The notes below the pieces were generated by a model. It was not told the origin of the DNA, did no database searches, and saw only the letters and a list, made by a program, of their open reading frames with translations. Made by a program: the position numbers and the translations under genes. DNA of 64,000 nucleotides from Epithemia pelagica (Eukaryota > Protista > Bacillariophyta): the NCBI GenBank assembly GCA_946965045.2, contig OX337232.1, positions 2,604,001-2,668,000 on the forward strand, read 5' to 3'. Below, piece after piece: positions 51,390 to 61,256 of the stretch (positions are counted from its first letter, which is position 1; each line of letters opens with the position of its first letter).

Positions 51390-52523
51390 ATGGCCAAGAG
51401 TGGAGACGATCCTACGTCAAATGAATCCCTGGAGGAAGCGGCCGTAATTCCTGATGCGAAAACCTTGCCAGATCCTCCTACCGATGCAATCTCCAAGCTG
51501 TCGTTCCTCCCCTCTTCTTCCATGTCGTCGTTATTGGCAAGCACGAGTTGGGATGGAGGGCTGAGACTGTATGATTGTGACGCAATGGAATGCAAACTAT
51601 CGCATTCCGCCGCAATTGGTCCTCTCCTGAGTTTGGCAGTGGTGGACGAAGGAATTGTTTTTGTTGGAGGTCTCTCGGGTTCGATTTTACGCATGAATAT
51701 ATCACAAAGCGACAGTACATCACCCGAAATGGAAAAAGTGGGAAACCATTCATCCTCTACCACCGACACAATGACCTCAGCGGCCTGCTCTTGCTTGATA
51801 TCCATGCCATCATCTCCGTCGCTATTGGGATCAGCCGGATGGCACGGTAAATTCCATTTGTGGGATATCCGACAATCGCCAACTGTCGGATCTCCGTCAC
51901 CTGTTTTATCAGTCGATTTACCAGGGAAAGCGTTTAGCATGGACGCGATAGAGAGCAAAGTCGTGATTGGATGTTCGGGGCGTCGCACTTGTTTGCTCGA
52001 TATCCGAAAGGAGGGAACCTCCTCATGGACCGCCGAAACGGTTCTGGACGCGGAATCTTCACAGAAACACCAAACGAGATGTGTCAAGTTCTTTCCCAAC
52101 GGCAAAAGTATTGCAGTAGGCTCTATTGAAGGCCGAGTGGCGGTCGAATCGGTTGAGCTAGAAACAGGAGATGCCCCACCGAGTGCCATGAAAAAGATTT
52201 ATGCCTTTAAATGTCATCGTGATGGAGATTTGGTTTATCCGGTCAATTGTATTGACTTTCATCCCAAATTTGGTACCTTTGCGACAGGAGGGTGTGATGG
52301 GACAGTGGTGACATGGGATGGAGCTAATCGGAAGCGACTCACTTCGTTTAAATTTCCAACGTCAGTGGCCAGTTTGTGTTTCAATCACGATGGCTCCAAG
52401 ATGGCTGTGGCATCCTCCTATACCTTTGAAGATGGGGAGAGGGAACATCCCAGAGACGAAATTTACATTCGACCCATGAGAGAAAGTGATTGTGCACCCA
52501 AACAAGTTGCCAGTTCGTCCTGA
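51390..52523 (+). CDS. BUB3: Mitotic checkpoint WD40 protein BUB3
   Basis: LLASTSWDG, HQTRCV, GSIEGRVAVE, YAFKCHR, VYPVNCIDFHP..GTFATGGCDG, MAVASSYTFEDG. Confidence 0.92.
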   Translation: MAKSGDDPTSNESLEEAAVIPDAKTLPDPPTDAISKLSFLPSSSMSSLLASTSWDGGLRLYDCDAMECKLSHSAAIGPLLSLAVVDEGIVFVGGLSGSILRMNISQSDSTSPEMEKVGNHSSSTTDTMTSAACSCLISMPSSPSLLGSAGWHGKFHLWDIRQSPTVGSPSPVLSVDLPGKAFSMDAIESKVVIGCSGRRTCLLDIRKEGTSSWTAETVLDAESSQKHQTRCVKFFPNGKSIAVGSIEGRVAVESVELETGDAPPSAMKKIYAFKCHRDGDLVYPVNCIDFHPKFGTFATGGCDGTVVTWDGANRKRLTSFKFPTSVASLCFNHDGSKMAVASSYTFEDGEREHPRDEIYIRPMRESDCAPKQVASSS

Positions 52524-53034
52524 CAACAAACCTACGCCAGGATGGAATGAATGGTGCAGCGACACTGATACAATAGTTTTTTCGAGGTGAAACGGGCTCT
52601 AGAATTCCGACTTTCTTACTGTAACCTTAGTGAGAAGCTTCCGTAGACAGACTTGGTACGTACCATGACCCCCAGTCCATGAAATATGCAAAATAATCTC
52701 TGCTATTCTAACGGGATCGTCTCTAGTTCAGATTCTTGTTTCATTTATCATTTCTCCAAAATACCTTTTACCGACTACTCTTACGTGACAATCTGGTGAT
52801 AAATCATGGAAGAAACCGATAGTCGAAGAGACAAGAGTACTTCTGCGTACTTTGGCTGTCCGATATCTACTGTTGCTATGTTCTCAATAAGTGCGACTGT
52901 GATTTCAGGGAAGCCAACTTGCACGGGACTCCCTTGTTTCCACGCTTCGGCGAACGTCGAACTGCTGAGTGACTTCGTCGTGCTGGTCCTGTCTTGGGTT
53001 TACATGAAAGCACTCGATCGACGAAACCAAGAGA

Positions 53035-54111
53035 ATGTCTACCGACCAAACCACAAGTTCTAGCGTAGCCGAAGAGTTTTCCTTTGTGCCCCAGCAGACG
53101 TTTTCGACGTTTGAGCCGGTTGGCTTCGGTCCCTTCGTTGTGAGAAGAGAAGCCTTGCTACAACGCATCATTTCGGAAGCGAATCCGCGCCAGTCGTGTC
53201 ATATCAGTGGTTGCAAAGGTGCTGGGAAGACTACTGTGCTCCATCAGCTGGGTCTACGTCTCCAGGAGAGTGGAAAGGAAGTTTACCTTTTTGCAAACGC
53301 CAGTGAACTCAGCCGAGTTGACGTCATCAAATTTGTCAAAGGTATTATTCGCTCAAAGAGACAGGTTTATTTGCTGGTGGACGAGACGCAGGATAACACA
53401 ACGGCCGCGCTGTTCACGTTGCTTCTCAAGAACAACATGGGCCACAATATCACCACCATTGGGGCTGGTGTTCCAAAATTTCAAACGGTTTCGACGCAAT
53501 TTGCTATGAAGATCACCACGGATGAACTGTTTATCAGCACTAAAGAAATGCTCATCTCTGAGAACATACTTGGTCACTTTTCGACTGGGGCGGCGACACT
53601 CAAGCAACGAAGCGAGATCGAAAGCCTTCTAGGTCGAATTCGAGACTATGTTGATGGGCACATTTATCCACTCATGTGGCTTGCCGAAAGACTTGTTCCA
53701 ATTGTTATCAACGGTGGTACGGCCGATGAAGCAGGCTCGCATATGTTCTCCTCCGAGTTTCGAGCATCTCCGGAATTCAAGTCAATGAGAGACCGAATTG
53801 TTCCTGAAATTGATTCTCAAGTCTTTCGTGCGCTATTCACCATGAATCCGGATGTTGCATCAATGAAGGAACTCCGGCGTTATGGTCTCTGTGACAAGTC
53901 CAACAAGCTTATGTCACAGCTACTCTTTGATGGCTATGTTGAATCATTGACAGGACAGCAACCTTTTGGGGATCGTTTATCTCGAGGAACCAGTGGAATA
54001 AAGCAACTTCTGCGATTTGCTTTGCCGCAAATGAATTGGCAGCCATATTTGTCTCATGGTGGGCCTATCGAAGACGCCTTAACGTTTGAACTCATGCTGA
54101 TTCTTTCGTGA
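53035..54111 (+). CDS. P-loop NTPase (N-terminal part of a probable NTPase + nuclease protein)
   Basis: Walker A GCKGAGKT, Walker B LLVDE; intronless; ends at TGA 54109-54111 with the same frame continuing. Confidence 0.7.
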   Translation: MSTDQTTSSSVAEEFSFVPQQTFSTFEPVGFGPFVVRREALLQRIISEANPRQSCHISGCKGAGKTTVLHQLGLRLQESGKEVYLFANASELSRVDVIKFVKGIIRSKRQVYLLVDETQDNTTAALFTLLLKNNMGHNITTIGAGVPKFQTVSTQFAMKITTDELFISTKEMLISENILGHFSTGAATLKQRSEIESLLGRIRDYVDGHIYPLMWLAERLVPIVINGGTADEAGSHMFSSEFRASPEFKSMRDRIVPEIDSQVFRALFTMNPDVASMKELRRYGLCDKSNKLMSQLLFDGYVESLTGQQPFGDRLSRGTSGIKQLLRFALPQMNWQPYLSHGGPIEDALTFELMLILS

Positions 54112-54501
54112 GTGGCACATCTTGGCACGCGACTATTCAACCCAAAGCTCATCAATTCTGCTGCAGGGAGGAAGCCGGATCTCTACGTCAATAATACCGT
54201 GGACAGTTACGTTGAGTGTATCCTCACAACATCAAACAGCGATTCTGAACGGAAGAAACTAGATGAGCATATTTCAAGGTTTTACTGGGAAAAGTATGAT
54301 GACCCTCAGAAGCACTCTCCACCAGCCTACTACCAGATTGCCCCGTCATCTGATTTTGCAATTCTGAACTACCAAAACTTTGGCACTGATCCTATGCGGC
54401 CCTTCCACGCAGATTTTCAAGGTGATATCTTCAGCAAGCGAGTATTCACATTCATCATGACAACAGAGGAAATCTATTTGGGATGTATACGCATCGGCTG
54501 A
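54112..54501 (+). pseudogene. In-frame continuation after a single TGA; PD-(D/E)xK-like nuclease domain
   Basis: VAHLGTRLFNPKLINSAAGRKPDLYVNNTVDSYVECILT..., 129 open codons in the frame of 53035-54111 with no ATG near its start. Confidence 0.5.
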
Positions 54502-54750
54502 CACTAGCAAGAAAGGTACTCCTACTAGAGTAGGCGGTGCGGCGAGGGTCCCCACCATTCCCCGATGTTCGGAAATATTGGCTCGATATATTGCACAGCT
54601 CCGCCTTCGAGTTCTTAAATTGCCTGCAAACTACGCAGAAATTGCAAAGAAAGACGGCGGGTGTGCTTTCACCTCACAGCTGACGTATTTGTTGTGGAAT
54701 ACCTAGCCTTCATGCTTTCGGTGGCTCGCCTGATAGGTTGCACTCCCAAA

Positions 54751-55172
54751 ATGCCTTGGGATCCTGCCCAAATTGTGAAAATTGGACTTTTCCTCTCTGG
54801 CCATGCTTTTTTCGAACACAAGGACCAAGGGCCAATATTGGAGCTTGTCAAGAAGTTCTTTCTAAGTTTGGTCCCTATGATGCTTTGGCACCTACGCCGT
54901 TTCTTTTTATTCTTCTTGCGTTCAGTGTCCTGATGCCATTTGCGAACGCCATTTCATATCTGGTCAATACCATTTTTGATTTTGGGAAGAAAACAACATT
55001 ACCTCGTGGTAAGAAGTGGCCTATGTCCAAGTCATACTTCTTTTACTCAGAACTGACTGCGGTTGGCTGGGAAGATTTCAAATTTGTTGTTGGGCAAGTC
55101 ATCGCTGCGTTCTTAATATTTCGACATATGATTGTGGATGCACTATTCCAGCATAGAGCAACTTCTGGCTGA
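54751..55172 (+). other. Possible small membrane protein or fragment split across two frames
   Basis: MPWDPAQIVKIGLFLSGHAFFEHKDQGPILELVKK in one frame and VLSKFGPYDALAPTPFLFILLAFSVLMPFANAISY...VVGQVIAAFLIF in another; no clear intron. Confidence 0.25.
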
Positions 55173-55342
55173 ACAACGAGTGATAGGGTAGTGGGATAAC
55201 GAATCTCTTGAGTACATAAAACGGAGAAACAACAGCGTCGCTTTGTGATCCTCATTTTCTATTCTATCCACTGTATTGACACCAAGGTGCAAATTCTCTC
55301 ATGGCTTGGGCCAGCAGACTAGGTAACTCTTCGAAATGTCTT

Positions 55343-58236
55343 CTATGGTGAAGGAATCGTCTCAAGTTCCGATTGAATAAGTTGAACCAAGAACTCAATG
55401 TCCTGATGCTGATTCATTGACCCCGATGGCAACCAATGAAGTCGAAGGTGGCTTGCATTATTCCAAAAGTCAAAATCCATCATTGTTGGGAAGTCTTTCT
55501 TCTTGGTTTTCCCCACAAAACTGTCTTCGGTGCAAAAGTAAAGAATGACGGCTGCTCTACGAGGTAACATTGTGGCAAGAGAAGTTGATCCTCCAACTAC
55601 ACTAACAAACACCGATGCATCGACCACCAATTCAACTTGCTGCTTTATTGAAAGGCGTGCCAGCTCCACAGCCATGACACTTGCACCAGGAATGTGTCTT
55701 TGAACGGCTTCAATCTGAGAAGCAAAATCTTTTCGTCGAATCCGATTGTCGGTCGAGTTAACGGAAAAGACGATTTTGGGAACACGTCTGTCGTTGGTGC
55801 TTGGTGAATCTAGTATGTTTTCCACCATGAACGAGCGGAACGCGTAAAAGGCATGACCTCGTCCTGAATTGTGCACGTGCTGATAGTCATCTAAATTTTG
55901 TCCATGACGGTTGTATCCGTGATCCGTCAACATTCCAATACCGACGGCGCCGTCTCGTGAACACACGAGATTAGATTTGTTCACTGTATGATCGGGATAG
56001 GGATCAACTTCATGCTGCACGAGGTCGACTGTGGACATCGTTACAAATTCGGATAAACCCAATAACTGTAGAAACTTTGCAACCATTTTCCGGCAGTGAT
56101 GGATAACAAAACATGCATCATCAACATCTATCAACATCATGCGTTTCTTGCTGCTGTCATGATGGGATTGTCCACCGTAATGATACATGGAGAGCAAGGT
56201 GAAGAAAGGAAGAAAATAATCCCACAACAAATGGCCAGGGTTCGATGCGTGGGTGGGTTCCAAGGAAAATGGAATCAAAAAAATATCCTGTGGTAGCTCA
56301 TAGAATCCTCCTCGTTCTTTGCTGGTCAGTTGGCGAATGGTGGGGAACCACGCCAAATTCGTACTGAAGCGAATATTTTTGCCTGTCATGACGCTCGAGT
56401 TCCTCGTTCTAGATCCAATGGATATAAAGTCACCATCAGGTACATTGTTAATAGATGAATCCAATTTTTGTTGCGTCGTCGAAGGGAAAACAACAAATTC
56501 ACGCGAAGTCATATCCACGCACATGTATCGAACCTGACAAGATATATAACAAGGAGCTTGCTTCCGAACAAAGTTGTCACCAAGACAATGTACATGAGAT
56601 GTTGGTATAGAAGGGACATACGAGACTCGTTCTCCCGCAAACCAAAAATTTGTCTCCCGAGAATGTTGCCGATTTTCTTTCAGCATGTCCATTTCATTTT
56701 GCACAATGTTCCGTATCAAATCCAAACTTTTTGGAGAGTCCATGGACGACATTGGGATCCAATGCACAGTCAAATGTGACAGATGAGTCCATAGATCCCA
56801 ATTCTTCATTGCTGGTCGGTTACTGGCTTTCCCTGCATAAGGTTTTCCTCTGATTGCAACGTCCGTTATATTGTAATAGAGAATTAAGGTGGATCCAGGA
56901 GGAAGGAAAAAAAGGGAATGACACTTTCACCTGCAGCCGAAACCACGACGTTTGCCCGCTGAACACGCGACACTTGTTCATGCCAAGAAACGCTTGTTAA
57001 ATTGACGCTGTCCGACACATAGCTCATGGTATCATTAACGAGATGTCGATGCAAGTGATGCAATTGCTTGTGGAATGCATGATCTGGTTCCGACGGCGTA
57101 GACTGGCTACTGGACGCTAGGAGAGAAAAGAGGGTTGTTGGATGGGTGAATGCAGAGAACCCGGCATTCTCTAGGCAATAGGAACGAAAGTCATTCAACA
57201 GCGGGCCTCGACCCACATTCTGCGACACCTGGTAATCTGTAACATATTCTCCATGCCCACGCTTGACTCCATGATCTGTCAATGATCCCAGACCAATAAT
57301 GGCATGCGGGGCACACATTATCCGAGCTTTTTGGTCAAGCCTTGATGAGTTTGTGATCCAATCAACAACCATTTGGTGTGTGTCCTTCAAAGGAGGATGA
57401 CCGCGTCCAAGCTTCAACATGGAAAGAAGGGGTTCAAAGGCTCGACTTACTTGGGTAAGATCAGAATCCTGTTGCTCTGTTGTTGAAAGAAGCAAATCTG
57501 ACTTCTCTAATCCAAACATAGCTAAGAGATTGTAAATGGGAAGCATGTAATCGAATAGAATCTGAGACACGCTCGATGTGGACAATGCATCCGCACCAAA
57601 CAAAACCCAAACAAGGTCATTTTGTAATTCAAAGTATTCTTGATTGGAATAATCTTCCAAACGACGTATCTGTGGGAAAAAAGCTTGTTGCTTTTGTTTT
57701 GGTCGAAGTGGCCAAAGTGAAACACCGGTTTGGTTAAAGTCCGTCGAGCTTCTAGCATAGACAGAAAAGTTCTTTGAATGATGCAAGAATTTTGTGTGAG
57801 CCGCGGCTTCTGAGGATTGGAATAATACATATTCTTTGGACTCTACGTCGTAACACAAATGTTCCAGATGGCATGATTTGAATCGCCAAGTGTTGGTCAA
57901 AAAGTTTTCTCCGACGCAGTGAACTATGGACGGACGATTGCGAGACTTCCACGACAGTCGAATGCCTTCCTCATTTGACCTAACTCTATCATTGGTATTC
58001 CGTTTTGCTTCTTGCGACAAAGCCGTCTGCTTTTCGTTTGAATTTGGGCTAGTCACCGCATCCTGGAACTCCACCTTGGATCCATGTCTGTACGGCGTTC
58101 TTGTCGTCTCTTTGGTCGTTGACAGACCATGCAACAGACTTGCCTGAAGAACGAAATATAAGCACACAGCAACTAGCAAGGACGCACGGCATAGAATGAT
58201 CAAGCTCTTCCATTTCAACCAAACTTTCGTCCCCAT
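55343..58236 (-). CDS. Type II membrane glycosyltransferase with two tandem GT61-like modules; frameshift at A7 run 56907-56913
   Basis: Both halves share HC(V/L)G(E/D)NF..C.....C.D and H....DY.LP..LL.MFG/YHY, G.G.LTDHG..R.HG....DY..V.N.GRG..L/F..FRS..+EN. The frame of the 55343-56809 ORF extends upstream as FFLPPGSTLILYY to the T7 run, and its first 45 aa are the C-terminal part of module 1. Confidence 0.75.
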
Positions 58237-59479
58237 TTACGAGTTTCCCTTTTTGCGTCATGAATCATGAATGGACAGCCAGTCGCTAACCCTCAAGGCT
58301 TACTCCCTAGAGAGAGTAGGATGGATTACTTCACGGTGCGCTTCAAACCTTTAGAGGAGGGTCACCCGGCGCGAAGGGTAGAATGACAAAGAGGGCATAT
58401 GTAAGAGATGGGCTCATGTCCTACAAGACTCATGCCCGTCGAGTCATTCGCAGGTGCGATTCACCTCGATGTCGCGCGATTCGCACGATTTTCTCTCTCA
58501 ACTCGTACGACTACCTTACACTACAATATTGGTAATGATGTACAACATGAAACATGATGCCAGGTTGGATGTCTCATGACTCGTGCGAGACATTTTCCTG
58601 TTGCTGTGCATGCGCCAATATCTCATTGTTGTGTACAATTAATGTAGGAGTACGAGCATATTTTTTTCAACTCGGCACTCGGTACTCGGCAGCCATCGGG
58701 ATCGGGACTGAGGACTGAAGACTGAAGGCTTCACTCCCGATTAAGCACACCCAGTTTTTTAATCCGGTCGCTCTTCGCGACCAACATTTTCATTTTCGTT
58801 TTTTTGCGTTTTTGATGAAAATTTCTGGTCAAAATGAAAATGATCACGCCGGCCTTCTGTGTCACCCTTGTGAGCAGACGTGCGCGCTTTGACCGTTGGT
58901 CTTCTCGTTCGTCCTCACTTTCCCCTGCCAATCCACACAATTTTTTCTCGTCTTCTTCTCTTCTCCCTCTTTCTCATGGACAATGGACATGCACCATGAC
59001 CATGCATTCTCTATCATGCATACCACTGACATTTTTGACATGAATAGACCATAGATAGAGTTTGGCTGTGCCCCATCCCTCCTTTTTCTAGTGTTTCTTT
59101 CTCCTGTAGTTCTCGGTTTAAAAGCACACCCTCATCCACAACACCTTGTCTATGCTGTAGGCATGTCTCTTTGCAAGCAATTGTGACCTTGAGCTAAAAC
59201 TACACCCTACACCCCTATTTGGAATGACTCTCTTCGTGCTTTTGTTATGGAGCATGCAGAGTCCCAAATGCTGCTCAGAAACACCAGCATGCTCCGGGCA
59301 AAAAAAGAACAATGAAAGGACAGTGCGACCTAATGGAGACTCCAAAGGGACGATCCATAGGTTCAAGGCCAGCGTCGCAATCGAATGACGTACCCTCACC
59401 CATTACCACTTACGTATTAGGACCTACCGAGTTTAAACCGATTACTAGTCATAATTTTATAAACCAAACCCTCCTTTCA

Positions 59480-59492
59480 GGTTATGAGCCCA
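59480..59492 (+). promoter_or_regulatory. Primer-binding site complementary to the anticodon arm of initiator tRNA-Met (half-tRNA priming)
   Basis: GGTTATGAGCCCA directly after the CA; reverse complement TGGGCTCATAACC is the tRNAi-Met anticodon stem-loop, as in Drosophila copia (GGTTATGGGCCCAG). Confidence 0.8.
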
Positions 59493-59684
59493 AGTATCAC
59501 GCACGTGATTTTACGCACAAATTGGTTGCGAAAGTAAAATAAGCAAGGACGAACCGGTCCAACGACATTGACAAGAAGCCGTCGGAAGAGTCCGTTGAAG
59601 TCCAACCAGTTTCGAGAGCCCGTGTATTGGAACGAAGAGCATCGAAGACACGAAATAGAAGGAGCAGCCGCGATTTTCCGGTGA

Positions 59685-61256
59685 ATGGAACGTTTAGAAG
59701 ACCTTTTTCACCTTTTGACTGACTCAGACTTGGATTCCATACCAGGGTGGTCGGAGAACTCAAGTATAAGTAGTATAATGTCGACGACGGACGCTACAAT
59801 CACAATTAACGGAGAGACGATCGAGGTGAACGATCAGGCGACGCCAGCACAAGATGTCGAAACCGCCCTCTTCAAGAAGGAAGACCGTGAAGGAATGGCA
59901 CCCGAGAAGCGCCAAGAACTCTTTGAGAAGGCTGCCACGTCAATTATTACCAAGTTTGACCTACTGTCGGCAAACATCACCGATGTAAAGCAGCTTGAAG
60001 AGTGCTATAACTTGAACCTCATGGTATCAAAGATCCGCAGTCAGCATGTAATGTACGACATGCATGACGTCTTTGTGATCGTTACTCCGGATGGAACCGG
60101 CCCAACCTTGTCCACAGACGTGAAGAAGCAACCCAGGGATTTGTATTCGTACTATTCCGACATGACCGAAGAACAGGTAGCGGTGAGCAACCGCTGGTAT
60201 TCAACCTGGCCCAAGAAGAGTTGGTATCGGGAAAATCTAATGCTGATAGCTAAACAGCTTGAGGTTAGTATGAAGAATCCGCTCTGGACTAAGGTCTATG
60301 AGCGCTACAAGCGTTTCAAGACGGAAGAACAAGGTGGCCCCTTGCTATTCATCATTATGATGAAGCTTCTAGTAACTCATACCGAGCAAGCGACCAAAAC
60401 TTTAGTCGATACTGTTGAAAATCTTAAGATTTCGAAAGTCCGTGGAGAAAATGTCTCGAAGATTGTGAGTCTAATTCTCGGAGCTCATGAGCGTCTTGAA
60501 GCTATCGAGATGGTTCCCGAGGATTTTGCCAAGACAGTGTTGAAGGTGCTCCAGACCAGTTCCGTTGAGAAGTTCAACAAGGTATTTGAGCTAATAGAGA
60601 GTCAGGCTAGAATCGCTGACGCCCTAGCTCGGTCCGGTCCCGCTGTTCAGTCGCAGTTTGCTATCCCCTCTATCGTGTACCTACTCGATCTAGCTGAGAA
60701 GGAATATCTATCCCTATGCCGTTCTAATGATTGGACCGGAGCCAAGACAAGAGGAAGTCCTTCGTCCTTCCCTGCTACATCTACTGATGGATCTAAAGGT
60801 GGTTCTGGCCGCAAGGGCCCCGTTTGTTGGAACTGTGGTGGTCCTCACACGTTGAAGGACTGTACCAAGCCCAGGAACGACGCGCTGATTGAGGCCAATC
60901 GCAAAAAGTTCAACGAGGCTCGAAAGAATTCCCGCAGTGCCAACAATGCCGACTCCTCGTCTTGCACCTCCCGTCGCCACAAATGGCGAGCACCAACCGC
61001 GGACGAGAACAACCGCCGCGAAATTGATGGCAAAATGATGTCGTGGAATGCCGACACTCGTCGTTGGGTGGCACTGTCCACCACCACTACGCCCACAGCA
61101 TCGTCGTCCGGCACAACCCCGGCGGCCAATCTAGCCACAGCTGCATCCAATCAACGTGTGCAAATTGATGAGTCCGGTGGCAATCGGGCCAGCACTCGTC
61201 GTGCCATGGAACGAACGGTCCAGACTCTACTGACCCAGTTCCAGGACCTCGAATGA
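59685..61256 (+). CDS. gag: Copia Gag (element 2)
   Basis: EQGGPLLFIIMMK, GENVSKIV, zinc knuckle CWNCGGPHTLKDC, basic C-terminal region. Confidence 0.85.
   Translation: MERLEDLFHLLTDSDLDSIPGWSENSSISSIMSTTDATITINGETIEVNDQATPAQDVETALFKKEDREGMAPEKRQELFEKAATSIITKFDLLSANITDVKQLEECYNLNLMVSKIRSQHVMYDMHDVFVIVTPDGTGPTLSTDVKKQPRDLYSYYSDMTEEQVAVSNRWYSTWPKKSWYRENLMLIAKQLEVSMKNPLWTKVYERYKRFKTEEQGGPLLFIIMMKLLVTHTEQATKTLVDTVENLKISKVRGENVSKIVSLILGAHERLEAIEMVPEDFAKTVLKVLQTSSVEKFNKVFELIESQARIADALARSGPAVQSQFAIPSIVYLLDLAEKEYLSLCRSNDWTGAKTRGSPSSFPATSTDGSKGGSGRKGPVCWNCGGPHTLKDCTKPRNDALIEANRKKFNEARKNSRSANNADSSSCTSRRHKWRAPTADENNRREIDGKMMSWNADTRRWVALSTTTTPTASSSGTTPAANLATAASNQRVQIDESGGNRASTRRAMERTVQTLLTQFQDLE

Noticed and set aside
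54108-54166. Intron (GTGAGT...CTGCAG) removing the NTPase stop codon
   Set aside because: The 59-nt length shifts the frame and gives a stop after about 9 codons, losing the KPDLYV motif.
58670-58730. Short iterated words (ctcgg x3, gactga x3), similar to 18570-18610
   Set aside because: Too short and degenerate to distinguish from slippage microrepeats.
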